DNA of 64,000 nt from Eledone cirrhosa (lineage: Eukaryota): positions 157,294,001 through 157,358,000 of the forward strand of contig OZ024740.1 of the NCBI GenBank assembly GCA_964016885.1, in the 5' to 3' direction. The notes below the pieces were generated by a model. It was not told the origin of the DNA, made no database searches, and saw nothing but the letters and a program-made list of their open reading frames with translations. A program made the position numbers and the translations under genes. Below, piece after piece: positions 43,967-56,312 of the stretch (position 1 is the stretch's first letter; each line of letters starts with the position of its first letter).

Positions 43967-44580
43967 GGCACTTCTCGAGACATGATCTACGCGACTTGTG
44001 ATCACTCGCAGATACGAACATTTATATTTCAGCGCGTGTTCTTGCATTTTTTTCTGCATCCGTTATGGTTCTGCAGTTAATTATAAATATTCATACGTTC
44101 ACGCTCATGCGTATTTACAAAGAAACTCATCATCACCTATTCTCGCGTCAACATACATACTGCAATGATGATAAATTTACTACCAAATATGTCGTACAAA
44201 AGGGAGTTTATTCCATCTACCAATATCATCCGTAAGAAACAGCTGAAGTCGTTTCATTTGGAAGTTAAAACAGAGAAAAGAAATGTTATTACCTCTGATT
44301 CACATATGCCTCAGTCAACGAACTCCACTATTATTAAGATCAAGGAAATAGTTTGAAACCCGTAAAAATTTCGGCCACCATCGAGTACGATTAAACGAAA
44401 GTGCAACAAGAGTGTACAATGGAATGGCGAAATTATTGATGCTCTGAATAGACTATTAAAATTTCAAGCTTAAGATCCAAGTATTACTGAAATTTTGAAG
44501 GAATGAATAGGAAGAAATATAAAGAAAACTTCCAAACTAGTAATGGATGGATTTGGATTAATCGCATCGGAAAAAGAAAT
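43965..44580 (+). pseudogene. Decayed pogo/Tigger transposase 5' fragment
   Basis: RKKQLKSFHLEVK, MPQST.STIIK and FQTSNGW resemble the HTH-psq/CENP-B region. Confidence 0.55.
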
Positions 44581-44591
44581 ATATCCGTGTA

Positions 44592-44942
44592 ACCGTGTCC
44601 AGTCGTTTGAGCGAAGTCGTTTTGAGTGAAGTAAAAATTATGTGCATTTTGAGCGGAGCCTGTTAAGCGATGTCAGTTTGATCGAACCTCAAACTGTTTT
44701 TTAATGACGCTTTGAGCGAAGTTGATAAAAATAAAAATATACTAGAAATATACAATTTTTTGTACAAGTAATTACACCTTCACAGCGGGAAAATAAAATA
44801 TTATTAAAAATCGACATATGTACGATAGTATATATTTCGCTTAAAATTAATCTTCGCTGAAATTACCGTTCGCTCTTAATGTTTTGCTCAAAATAAGTTC
44901 GCTCACAATGACTTCGCTAGTGGGCGGAACGCTGGACTTCGG
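44592..44942. mobile_element. MITE-like element with imperfect TIRs and internal gagcgaa repeats
   Basis: ccgtgtccag..gagcgaagtcgtt versus aatgacttcgc..ctggacttcgg. Confidence 0.5.
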
Positions 44943-44959
44943 CTAAGAGTCGTAACGTG

Positions 44960-45930
44960 TTGGTAAATTGATAGGTAAAATATATTTATTGTGAATACAT
45001 TCGTAGGTAAATTAGAGAATATTGGTTAGTAAAGTGGTAGGTAAAATGGATGGTGAAATAATGATTTTGAGTAAAGTTGCGAAGTGGATTATGTGTAAAA
45101 TTGTGGGTAAAGGTGGGTAAAATGTTAATTTGTTGGTAAAATGGTATGTAAATATGTGGGTAAATTTTGTTAAAATCGTTAATCGTGTGAAAAACTAAGG
45201 GTAAATACAATGGCCAAATAAAATTGAGTAACATCGTAGCAAAAATTTTAGGTAAAGTACTGGGTAGAATAATAGAAAGTGGGTAAATTTGTGGATAAAG
45301 TAATGGATTGTAGATAGATTCATATGTAAGATCCTGATGGACGTGTAAATCATAGGTAAATGAAGGGGTAATCTAAAATCATGGCAGAAATCATGGGATA
45401 TATCGAGGTTAATTTGATTGATAAAGGAACATCATGGGTTAAACCACGTGTAAAATTATGGGTGCAATCGTGATTAAATCAGTGGATAAAATAAAATCAT
45501 AGGTACAACAATGGGTACATTCATAGGTCGAATTAATGGAAAAAGTAAAATATGGGTGCACCTGTGCAGTCGTAGGTAAATTAATGTGCAAACACACGGG
45601 TATAATCGTGATTAAATTAGTGGGTAAAGTAAAATCACGGATAAAATTGTGAGTAAACTGGTGGGTAAAGTAAAATTAGGCATAAAATCATGGATAAAAT
45701 CTGACTAAATTTATGAGTAAAGTATAAATATGGGTAAATATGTGGGTAAAATGCGGGGTAAGTTAGTTGAGAAAGTAAAATTATGGTTAAGAGGTTAAAT
45801 TAAAGTAGACAAAAATATAATTTAGCGGATAAATTTAAATCCTGGGTTATAACGAGGCTAAAACCGTGAGTAAAACCGTTGGAAAAACCGTAAGTAAAAC
45901 TGTGAGAAAAACCGTGAGAAAAACCGTTGG
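44960..45930. repeat. Degenerate minisatellite (gtgggtaaa/gtaaaat motifs)
   Basis: Recurrent ~12-30-bp units, ending in aaaaccgt(g) repeats. Confidence 0.65.
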
Positions 45931-46101
45931 TATAAATATATATGTATGCATATATATATATATATATATATATAAGTATCTAGCAAGAAGAAGAAGAATT
46001 GCATATGTATATTTGAGTATTAAATACTGACACCACAGATATGCATATTACAGAAAATTACATAATAGAGAGAAATATGGAAATCTATCCTTCGTATTCA
46101 A

Positions 46102-46174
<73 letters not shown>

Positions 46175-46202
46175 TGGTTACACAACGGTTAGTTCACCAT
46201 AC

Positions 46203-46240
46203 CGAGAACAATTGTTTCACCTTAGCGGATCCTCAGCTCG
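46203..46240 (-). ncRNA. Minimal type I HHR
   Basis: cgag CUGAGGA t cc gctaa gg t GAAAC aatt GUU ctcg. Lies in a ~120-bp insert between (TA)n tracts. Confidence 0.78.
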
Positions 46241-46290
46241 TAATGGACTGAGTGCTCTACCACTACGGATATTACCTTCCAGTGTTCTAC

Positions 46291-46371
<81 letters not shown>

Positions 46372-46651
46372 ATAGAACACTCTCCCAATTCCCCTATCTT
46401 TACCCATTGCAACCAAACTATCCCCCTCTCTATATCTATCTCCTTTTATCCCACCCAATAACTACCAAACTCTTCCCCTCTCTATATCAACTAGTACCAA
46501 ACTCTTCCCTTCTCTCAATCCCCCTCTCTATATCAATCACCAGTAAACTCGCCCCCTCTCAATGACCACATTATAACCTACATTATAATCTCTCTCTCTC
46601 ACTCTCTCTCTCTCATTATACATATTTACATATATATAAATATATACGTGC

Positions 46652-46747
<96 letters not shown>

Positions 46748-47054
46748 TCATATTTGTGTACGTGTATGTCTGTGTGAGTGGGGTTCTCTATATAACATAG
46801 AAATCAAATTATTTTAAAAGGCTAAAAGTTTAAATTCACCAATTTCTGTAGGTTAAAGAGTAGGTCTTATTCCCGTACTACATATCAGAATGTTATTAAC
46901 TATGTATAATATGGTGGATTTGTATGATTTGTCGTTTTAAACTTATCGCTGGTAATTTAATTAAATAATTGAATGGAAGTAAACATTGTGTAAATATACG
47001 TACTCGCGTATATGTGTCTATACATATACATATATGTATATACACACACACACA

Positions 47055-47107
<53 letters not shown>

Positions 47108-47280
47108 TATATACTAAATGTCTAACAATACATATGAGTGTGTGACTGTGTGTATAAATATGTACATATATATGTAGGTTATAATGTGGTCATTGAGAGG
47201 GGGTGAGTTTGGTAGTTATTGGGTGAGATAAAAGGAGATAGATATAGAGAGGGGGATAGTTTGGTTGCAATGGGTAAATA

Positions 47281-47365
<85 letters not shown>

Positions 47366-47394
47366 TATATATATATGTGTATATTATATAGATA

Positions 47395-48164
47395 TATGTT
47401 TATTTCCATCTTCGGTTAGCTTCCCCCTGTGTTGTTTACTTGTCTCACTCGCTTCACGCGTTTCTATTGTCCTAATAACTTATTTTAGTTATTATCGCTC
47501 CAACGTGAGGTATATGATTTTTAATGCGATGAAATACCCATGATCGTTTGGTAAATCACTGATGAGGGACTCATTTTATAACATGTTATCCATGTGCAAC
47601 CAGCAGTATTCTTCTCACCCATATTTTCATATATTTACCCAAACTGCAATTCTGTGTTTCTCTCTTTCTCTCTTACTGCTCCCTCGTTCTCTCTGTTTCT
47701 CTTACTTTCTTTCGTCCCCTCTGCCATGTCAGTTAACTCTTTCTCTCTACTGACCTCTTCCTCGCACTCCCACTCACTCAGTCCCTGTTTCTCCCCTTCT
47801 TTCTTCCTCCCGTTCGCTGGGAAAACGGTTTTCATTCTTTCTAACACCGGATTCACTAGCGAAAGGTCTGTTTTCTGACTCGCTCATATCTTCACACAGC
47901 TTATGCTGAAAGAATAACTATGTTGCTTGTGTTTATTTCCATCTTCGGTTAGCTTCCCCCCCCCCCCCCCCCGTGTTGTTTACTTTCTCACTCGCTTTAC
48001 GCGTTTCTATTGTCCTAATAACCTATTTTAGTTATCGCTCCAACGTGAGGTATATGATTTTTAATGCGATGAAATACCCATGATCGTTTGGGTAATCACT
48101 GATGAGGGACTCATTTTATAACATGTTATCCATGTGCAACCAGCAGTATTCTTCTCACCCTATT

Positions 48165-48170
<6 letters not shown>
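47395..48170 (+). mobile_element. Short repeat with ~240-bp direct terminal repeats (pLTR-like); relatives at ~8505-8675 and ~63170-63300 on -
   Basis: 47397-47635 closely matches 47930-48170. Flanked by (TA)n. Shared block tgatttttaa...aaatcactgatgagggactc. Confidence 0.7.
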
Positions 48171-48206
<36 letters not shown>

Positions 48207-48409
48207 CTTTCACCGTATTTTTGACTAAAAATATTTTAGCCTGATAATGGGGTTTAGAACCCTCAGATAAATGGAAAAAGTTGAGTATTGATGTACATTT
48301 ATCTGAGGGTTCTAAATACCATTATCAGGCTAAAATTTCTTTAATCAAAAATACGGTGAAAGCTATTCTATTTTCTAATTTCAAACCTGCTTCAAAACAT
48401 ACTTACTCG

Positions 48410-48442
<33 letters not shown>

Positions 48443-48500
48443 ACTTTACTCTTTTACCTGTTCCAGGCATCCGGCTGAGGCGATGCTGGGGCACCACCCT

Positions 48501-48567
<67 letters not shown>

Positions 48568-48762
48568 GTTATATAGTTGTTATATAGTAAGGTGTATTAT
48601 TGGTTGTGTAAAACGGTCCAACAAATTTATGTTAGCAATATTAAGTTCTCCACGCTTTTGTATATCTCCAATTCCATTCAAGGGAACGGCTAGATGATGT
48701 AAAACGGAGTATAAGTATCAAAATGAAAATCTGAAGGGAAGGTAAAATTCCAATCATTTTAA

Positions 48763-48836
48763 TCACGACACATGTTTCAATAAGAGATAGATCGATCGTA
48801 AAGCCATGATCAACTATCACTGATCTCATCAGGTGA
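48763..48836 (-). ncRNA. Type I HHR (inverted-arm copy of 48987-49060)
   Basis: Reverse complement within the inverted repeat 48715-48896/48927-49107. Confidence 0.8.
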
Positions 48837-48986
48837 AAATGAATTGTCTTCAAATTCTTGATATGAGGGAGAAAATTAGCAATGTTCACTCACAGAGGGA
48901 ATGTTCACTCATACGAGGGAATAAACTCTGTGAGTGAACATTGCTAATTTTCTCCCTCATATCAAGAATTTGAAGACAATTCATTT

Positions 48987-49060
48987 TCACCTGATGAGAT
49001 CAGTGATAGTTGATCATGGCTTTACGATCGATCTATCTCTTATTGAAACATGTGTCGTGA
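48987..49060 (+). ncRNA. Type I HHR with long imperfect stem II
   Basis: tcac CUGAUGA gatcagtgatag..ctatctcttatt GAAAC atgt GUC gtga. Stem I extends through tcatttt/aaaatga. Confidence 0.8.
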
Positions 49061-49102
49061 TTAAAATGATTGGAATTTTACCTTGCCTTCAGATTTTCAT
49101 TT

Positions 49103-49163
<61 letters not shown>

Positions 49164-49644
49164 TAAAAGGAAAAGAAAATGCTGACAAATTGTTCCCAGT
49201 GAAAAATAGTTTAATTAGGAATAAGTAAAAATTAGTAATAGTATTGGTTAGTATTCAGTTTTGGTTTTAAATTTTACCGGTTGCGCATTTCTAATGCTTT
49301 TCAAAAATAATTTTGAGATAGAGCGCCCGTGATGTTTGCTCTAATCTGATTAGTTTTGGAAATTCTACCTGTTTTATGTAAAAAAAGTGGCTCCAGATGT
49401 ATGAAAAAATTCTTGTGGTCAAAACAATTTTGATTGGTCGGTAGAGGTCATGTGAATGTTAAAAATTGATTTTGCGCCAAATGTAGGTTTGTCTCGGCTG
49501 ATTGAGAAGTCACTGAAAAATAAGTCTTTCAAGACAAATATGTTTGTGTGTAGGAGTAGTAAAGAGGTTCATTGTTGTGATAATGGTCAGCAGGGATGTG
49601 TGTGCGAACCGCAGCCTGTTGACAGTTCAAATGCCTATTAAGAG

Positions 49645-49724
<80 letters not shown>

Positions 49725-49898
49725 CAGAGTAATTCGTGGTAGAGGGATGGTCAGTAGGAATGTGTCTGTACGTGTGTGGGGGATATTTTAACATGTTAAA
49801 AGATATTTTTCAGCTCTTGTCTTATACGGAGAAGTGTGTGTGTGTGTGTATGTCTCTTTGTATGTTAATGTACGCGTGTGTATGTCTGTGTGTATATA

Positions 49899-49989
<91 letters not shown>

Positions 49990-50103
49990 CAGAGTAATTC
50001 GTGGTAGAGGGATGGTCAGTAGGAATGTGTCTGTACGTGTGTGGGGATATTTTAACATGTTAAAATATAGAGCAAACATCACGGGCGCTCTATCTCAAAA
50101 TTA

Positions 50104-50139
50104 TTTTTGAAAAGCATGAGAAATGCGCAACCGGTAAAA
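50104..50139 (+). ncRNA. Minimal HHR-like motif in the Neptune pLTR (U3-A8, A13C); other copies at 26884-26919 (+), 49271-49308 (-), 55009-55044 (+)
   Basis: ttt UUGAAAA gcat nagaa atgc GCAA ccgg UA aaa. Confidence 0.55.
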
Positions 50140-50318
50140 CTTAAAACCAAAACTGAATACTAACCAATACTATTACTAATTTTTACTTATTCCTAATTAA
50201 ACTATTTTTCACTGGGAACAATTTGTCAGCATTTTCTTTTCCTTTTACCAATATATCATAACTCGTGTGTTACACCTCTATTCTTTTAAATATCATATCC
50301 TCACACGAGATACAGAAA

Positions 50319-51626
50319 ATGCCAACAAAAACAGATACAACTCTTATCAACACAAATGAAGAGATTCTACAGGAACTCAAGAAAATTAACACCAACCTAT
50401 CTGTGCTGGTCGACAAACTTGACTCCACAAATGAGGAAACCGTCACCGGATACAAACCCTTCGAAATCGGCGATAAACTTCAAAACCTTTGCGATACTAT
50501 CCAAACTATGTTCACTATTACCAACCCAGGAAAAACCAACGAAGAACCATGTGAGATTGATTCATACAAAATGAAAATTCGAACAATTCCAAAATGGAAC
50601 AAATCCCTCAGAGACAGAAAGTTCTCATTCTGGAAGATGATACAAAATCACAACAAAGCGGAGATATATGAAAAATGGCTTAACTCAGCCCCTCTAACTC
50701 TCCCCCGTAAAATACAAATAAAGTCCATTCCAAATGAACCTCTAAGACACCTTAGGGAAAGAATGGCATTGGAAAAAATGAAGACAGAAATTGAACTTCT
50801 TAAATTGAGGGCCCAGACAAATGAGGAAAAAATCAAAACCATCGATGAAGAGATCCTCCTGGAAATCAACAATAAAACTGAAGGCCCCAAGGTAGAGAAG
50901 ATCTCTAAATTATGGAAAGGGGACTACAACAGAGAAGAACTGAAATCCCTTCAACGCTGGGAAAAAAGTGCTGCTTGGTTCCTACACTATGAATCGACTT
51001 TTCAAGCGGATTACACCTCCAATAACCCGTTCATAAAAATAGGAAAACCCATAACCGAACCGCACAACAACTTCGCAAACCCCCCAGCCACTAACAAAAG
51101 AAGAAGGAAGCACCACACCGAATATGAACTTCCCAACCTCGCTACCATAAGAAGGAATAAAAACTCTAGAAATTATCTCCCGCAGAATGACATTTACAAC
51201 TTTCCCCCTTCAAAGAGACACCATACCAAATCACTCAACTACTACGCGGATGCCTCATCGTCAAACATAGGGAAAAGATACCACCACCATGATAGATGTA
51301 ACAACTTCCCCGCTTCAAGGGGACAGCAAGGTAATTTCCATTTTCTCAACAGCAAGGTAATTTCCACAATACACAACAAACCCACACCACACGATAGGCC
51401 ACAACGTAGGCCACCTATAACACCACAATCCAACATGGCACATAGAAACACACATCCATACTCGCAATACAGGAACACCCCATTCAATGTACAACCACGA
51501 ACCCGAACCACATTTTACAACAACAAGGAATATAACAAACACAGGAGACCACTTAACATCAGCAGACAACCCCTCTACCCCAACCATTTTTTAGACACAG
51601 CACACAGATACAGGCAAACAAAATAA
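50319..51626 (+). CDS. PLE ORF1: predicted coiled-coil N-terminal half and basic low-complexity C-terminal half
   Basis: Uninterrupted 435-codon ORF from the ATG just after the pLTR. Heptad-like segment LRERMALEKMKTEIELLKLRAQTNEEKIKTIDEEIL and an R/H/N/P-rich tail. Confidence 0.75.
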   Translation: MPTKTDTTLINTNEEILQELKKINTNLSVLVDKLDSTNEETVTGYKPFEIGDKLQNLCDTIQTMFTITNPGKTNEEPCEIDSYKMKIRTIPKWNKSLRDRKFSFWKMIQNHNKAEIYEKWLNSAPLTLPRKIQIKSIPNEPLRHLRERMALEKMKTEIELLKLRAQTNEEKIKTIDEEILLEINNKTEGPKVEKISKLWKGDYNREELKSLQRWEKSAAWFLHYESTFQADYTSNNPFIKIGKPITEPHNNFANPPATNKRRRKHHTEYELPNLATIRRNKNSRNYLPQNDIYNFPPSKRHHTKSLNYYADASSSNIGKRYHHHDRCNNFPASRGQQGNFHFLNSKVISTIHNKPTPHDRPQRRPPITPQSNMAHRNTHPYSQYRNTPFNVQPRTRTTFYNNKEYNKHRRPLNISRQPLYPNHFLDTAHRYRQTK

Positions 51627-53542
51627 CACAAGACAGGGAGGAGAAACCGAGAGTAATAAAAATTATCAATCTAACTAGTGCAGAACCAACACCCAACCTT
51701 ATCAACTTACTCTCCAAATGTCTTAAATTCACACCGACCCCACTACGTCCTAACTACTATGAAATGAAGGAAGACATCACAGACTTCTGTAGAAAGTTAC
51801 GACTCAGTGAAGAACTATTCGACCAGTACAATGAGGATGAATCATTAGCCAGAAATAGAAGCAATTACACCCCATCAAAGGGTAGAAATAAAATCCTGGA
51901 CGAATTCTGTGAACACATCACAAACTTCCCTTACCAACACTTACACAGACAAAAACACAAGCCAAACCTCAACAAGAAAGAATGGGAAGAATTAAATAGA
52001 TTAAAAACCGACAGAACCATTACAATTAAAGAGGCTGATAAAGGGAGCACACTAGTCCTAATGGAGACAGAATTCTATATCAACTTAGCGCCCTCCACTT
52101 TGGAAAACGAAACATACTACGAAAAGGCTGAACACTACAATCAACAGAAAATTATGAGAAACCTAAAAACTCTGATCAACCAATACAAAGAAGGACTCAC
52201 TAACAAGGAATTCAGCTTCATCACAGACTTCACAAGTAAATCTAGCCTTTTCTACGGTATCCCTAAAGTACATAAAAGCGAATTAATAAGTAAGGCATGC
52301 AAGGAAGCCACAGACATAGTCATCAATGTCCCCTCACCCAATGATCTCAAATTAAGACCTATAATAGCAGGCCCCGCTTGCGAAACCCACCGCCTTAGCA
52401 ACTTCATTGATACCCTTCTCAAGCCTTTTCTCAAACACATCAAAAGCTATATAAGGGACGACCTAGATATGCTCAACCACCTCCCTAATATGCCCCTTTC
52501 TGAACAAACCCTATTAGTGACGTTCGATGTAGTCAACCTATATTCCAACATCCCCCACAACCTAGGAATAGAAGCTATCCAATTCTGGCTGGATAATTAC
52601 CACAATGAACTCCCACAACGCATCAAAAAAGAATTCGTGATAGAGGGACTCAAATTTATCTTGGAGAACAATTACTTCGTTTTCAATAACAAACCCTACA
52701 GGCAGAAATCTGGGACCGCTATGGGAACGAAAACAGCCCCCACTTATGCCAACCTAGTCATGGGATACCTGGAAATCACCCTCTACACTAAAGTACTAAA
52801 CAAATTTGGAAACACTCTCCACTTACACATAGAAAGGAACTGGAAGCGATATCTAGATGACTGCTTCATCCTTTGGTACGAAAACATCGAGAAACTTAAA
52901 GAATTTAACACCCTTATAAATGGGCTCAACACGAATATTAACTTCACGATGGAATACAGCCATCAACAACTCCCCTTCCTCGACATCCTCATTAAGATCC
53001 ATAACAAAAAAATAGAAACAGACATATACTACAAGCCCACAAACTCCAAGCAATCTCTTCCTTTCAACTCTAGACACGTTAAAATTAATATTCCCTACAA
53101 CTTAGCCAAGAGAATCTGTACTATAGTCTCCAATAAAAACACCTGCTACTTACGGCTACAAGAACTAAAGGACACACTCATAGGCAGGGACTACCCTGCA
53201 TCACTAATTGACAATGGAATCCAACGTGCCCTAAAACTCAGTACCCAGGACTTTAGACACCCTAAAGTAAATCAACCGAAACTAAAAGCTCTTCCATACA
53301 TCTCCACACACAACTCCCTCAACAATGAGGCCTTTGACACCTTCCTCCAGAACATCCCTGTGTTGAAAAAGGACCATAGAATGAACCAAATCCTACGAAC
53401 ACACGATATCATAAAGAGCAAAAGACAATCTAAGTCAATGAAAAACATCCTAACACATGCCAAAGTACCGCCATCCACAACAACGAAACCCACAGTAAAA
53501 AAAAATGCGATAGACCCAACTGTGGCATATGCATCAACCTAA
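51593..53542 (+). CDS. PLE reverse transcriptase (ORF2; first ATG at 51764)
   Basis: PLE motifs INLT..LLSK.LKFTP, ADKG, FYGIPKVHK, LRPII, FDVVNLYSNI, GTAMGT, YLDDCF, LPFLD and YYKPT. Confidence 0.93.
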   Translation, partial: RHSTQIQANKITQDREEKPRVIKIINLTSAEPTPNLINLLSKCLKFTPTPLRPNYYEMKEDITDFCRKLRLSEELFDQYNEDESLARNRSNYTPSKGRNKILDEFCEHITNFPYQHLHRQKHKPNLNKKEWEELNRLKTDRTITIKEADKGSTLVLMETEFYINLAPSTLENETYYEKAEHYNQQKIMRNLKTLINQYKEGLTNKEFSFITDFTSKSSLFYGIPKVHKSELISKACKEATDIVINVPSPNDLKLRPIIAGPACETHRLSNFIDTLLKPFLKHIKSYIRDDLDMLNHLPNMPLSEQTLLVTFDVVNLYSNIPHNLGIEAIQFWLDNYHNELPQRIKKEFVIEGLKFILENNYFVFNNKPYRQKSGTAMGTKTAPTYANLVMGYLEITLYTKVLNKFGNTLHLHIERNWKRYLDDCFILWYENIEKLKEFNTLINGLNTNINFTMEYSHQQLPFLDILIKIHNKKIETDIYYKPTNSKQSLPFNSRHVKINIPYNLAKRICTIVSNKNTCYLRLQELKDTLIGRDYPASLIDNGIQRALKLSTQDFRHPKVNQPKLKALPYISTHNSLNNEAFDTFLQNIPVLKKDHRMNQILRTHDIIKSKRQSKSMKNILTHAKVPPSTTTKPTVKKNAIDPTVAYAST

Positions 53543-53912
53543 TAGAGGGTTTGGAATTCTATTTCAAAGAAGGACAACGTTTTATAGTAAAACACAATTT
53601 CACATGCGCATCAGAAAATCTAATATATGTATTAACTTGCTCAGGTTGTCGAGTACAATACATAGGCCAGACCAAAAACAGCCTCCGCCAACGCATGACT
53701 GTCCATAGATCCTAAATTAAAATACGGGAATACAGGAAAATACCACTGAGAGAACACATTGATACCTGTGCCGTCCAAAATCATCCCAACTTCAGAATCT
53801 TTCCCCTCTACAAATTTAAAGATAATGCCACCCACACCCAGCGCACCAGCAAGGAATCTAAGAATCTAACTTTATTAACAAATACGGAATCCGTCTAAAC
53901 ACTTCTCCCTAA
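53506..53912 (+). pseudogene. Cys linker plus GIY-YIG endonuclease of the PLE, frameshifted and with a premature stop
   Basis: CDRPNCGIC..FTCASENLIYVLTCSGC..YIGQT..LRQR..H is read in a different frame after the A-run near 53497-53505. In-frame TAA at ~53713. Confidence 0.85.
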
Positions 53913-54620
53913 GACAAACCCACAACATACACACGTCAACATACATACCTACATCAGCATACATCTCTATCCACATATAAACACAATGACATACGTAAAC
54001 ACACATGTTCTATGGTGCAACACAAATATACACAAATTTGCATACCTTTTGATGTCTATAGATATAAACGTGCCGACACACACACATACATAAACGCACT
54101 CATGCATTGCACACTGATGGGCACATACATATTTGTACACAAGTATTCCAATACGGCAAGGCCTAATGGATTCTCCTTGCAGTACGTACAATCTGGACAC
54201 TCACACACACCTTGGTATTATGCCAATACTATATATCATTTCACACCTTTTATTATTAAGGTTTTTGATGTTCTATTGAGAGAATCGTTTTTACTGAAAA
54301 TATCGAATAATGTACACCATGTTTAAAGTATCACAAAAATAGTGGTCCACCCACACACACACACACACATTCTCACACACACATACACACACACATATAT
54401 ATACACACACACACACATATATACACACACACATACACACGCGTACATTAACATACAAAGAGACATACACACACACACACACACTTCTCCGTATAAGACA
54501 AGAGCTGAAAAGTATCTTTTAACATGTTAAAATATCCCCCACACACGTACAGACACATTCCTACTGACCATCCCTCTACCACGAATTACTCTGCTACACA
54601 CACACACACACACACACACA

Positions 54621-54671
<51 letters not shown>

Positions 54672-55191
54672 CTCTTAATAGGCATTTGAACTGTCAACGG
54701 GCTGCGGTTCGCACACACATCCCTGCTGACCATTATCACAACAACGAACCTCTTTACTACTCCTACACACACGCATATTTGTCTTGAAAGACTTATTTTT
54801 CAGTGACTTCTCAATCAGCCGAGACAAACCTACATTTGGCGCAAAATCAATTTTTAACATTCACATGACCTCTACCGACCAATCAAAATTGTTTTGACCA
54901 CAAGAATTTTTTCATACATCTGGAGCCACTTTTTTTACATAAAACAGGTAGAATTTCCAAAACTAATCAGATTAGAGCAAACATCACGGGCGCTCTATCT
55001 CAAAATTATTTTTGAAAAGCATTAGATGTGCGCAACCAGTAAAACTTAAAACCAAAACTTAATACTAACCAATAGTATTACTAATTTTTACTTATTCCTA
55101 ATTAAACTATTTTTCACTGGAAACAATTTGTCAGCAGTTTCTTTTCCTTTTACCAATATATGATAACTCGTGTGTTACACCTTTATTCTTT

Positions 55192-55258
<67 letters not shown>

Positions 55259-55995
55259 AATTAATATCTAGTAACATATATATACAGATGCATATCAATG
55301 CTAGCAAATATATAGGTTTTGTCTTAGTAACTTTGTGGTTCAATGCATGGGGTTGCAGAACAATAATATGAGAGACGTAAAATAAGAAAATTATAAAATT
55401 AACTTACTTACTAAAATATCACTTCCAACTAATTAGTTTCTGGAATGGAATAAATATATTTTGCGAAGAAAATACAGAGAATCATTCCGTTCTGCAACCC
55501 CATGCATTGAACCACAAAGTTACTAAGACAAAACCTATATATTTGCTAGCATTGATATGCATCTGTATGTATATATATGTTACTAGATATTAATTCTTTA
55601 TAATTATCTCCAAATTATTTGTCGAGCAATATTGGCCATGACTGCTGCTATGGTAGCAGGCAGGTCGCTGTCTTATTAGCAAACCACTTTCCACTGATTG
55701 ACCTCGATGTCACGTGATTGATTCTTTTTGAATTTGCCACCGACGCAGAGGCAGTGATTTTCTCAATGGCTAGGAATTCAGTCCACGCTCTGCTATTTTC
55801 TATCCACTGAATTATTTTTTAATAAGTTTCCAGAGTCCACGCTTTGCCTGGATACTTAGATGAGAATAGTCTTCCTGACGACGGAATGATTCTATGTACT
55901 TTCTTCGGAAAATATATTTATTCCATTCCAGAAACTAATTAGTTGGAAGTGATATTTTAATAAGTAAGTTAATTTTATAATTTTCTTATTTTACG

Positions 55996-56041
<46 letters not shown>

Positions 56042-56241
56042 CATGTATGTTAGGCTGTTAACCAATGAATAGAATTGGTGGTTCGGGTTGATAAATTAAT
56101 TAAAGGACTCAACGTTATGCAAATCATCCATCATAGATGTGGTCTCCAGTGAGTGGTGCAGGAACGGAGCTAAGTATTCATTAAAACAACAACAGAAGGT
56201 CGGACTGGAGAATTTACTTCAGAATTTTAAACCCGCGAAAG

Positions 56242-56312
56242 CACTATACATATTTCAATGACCGATCCCTATCATCCGATTATGATGTAAGACTAGACGA
56301 TTTCATCAGGTG
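56242..56312 (-). ncRNA. Type I HHR
   Basis: cac CUGAUGA aat..att GAAAU atgt AUA gtg. Confidence 0.65.

Larger units (their letters stand above)
49160..55197 (+). mobile_element. Near full-length Neptune-type Penelope-like retroelement in (TA)n
   Basis: Inverted 5' copy of the 3' region (49160-~50063), direct pLTR (50068-50292 matches 54973-55197), ORF1, RT, Cys linker and GIY-YIG. (TA)n on both sides. Confidence 0.93.

Noticed and set aside
47515-47570. SECIS or C/D-box interpretation of the AUGA/UGAUGA motifs
   Set aside because: UGA pairs Watson-Crick with UCA instead of forming a tandem G.A quartet, and there is no convincing D box with a terminal stem.
53495-53510. Second programmed frameshift at the A-run before the endonuclease
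   Set aside because: RT and endonuclease are normally fused in frame in PLEs. A homopolymer indel is the simpler explanation, since this copy also has a premature stop downstream.
55863-55925. CUGACGA...GAAAA-tata-UUU HHR candidate
   Set aside because: Stem I does not pair next to the core, and the inverted arm reads GCAAAA; at best a decayed copy.
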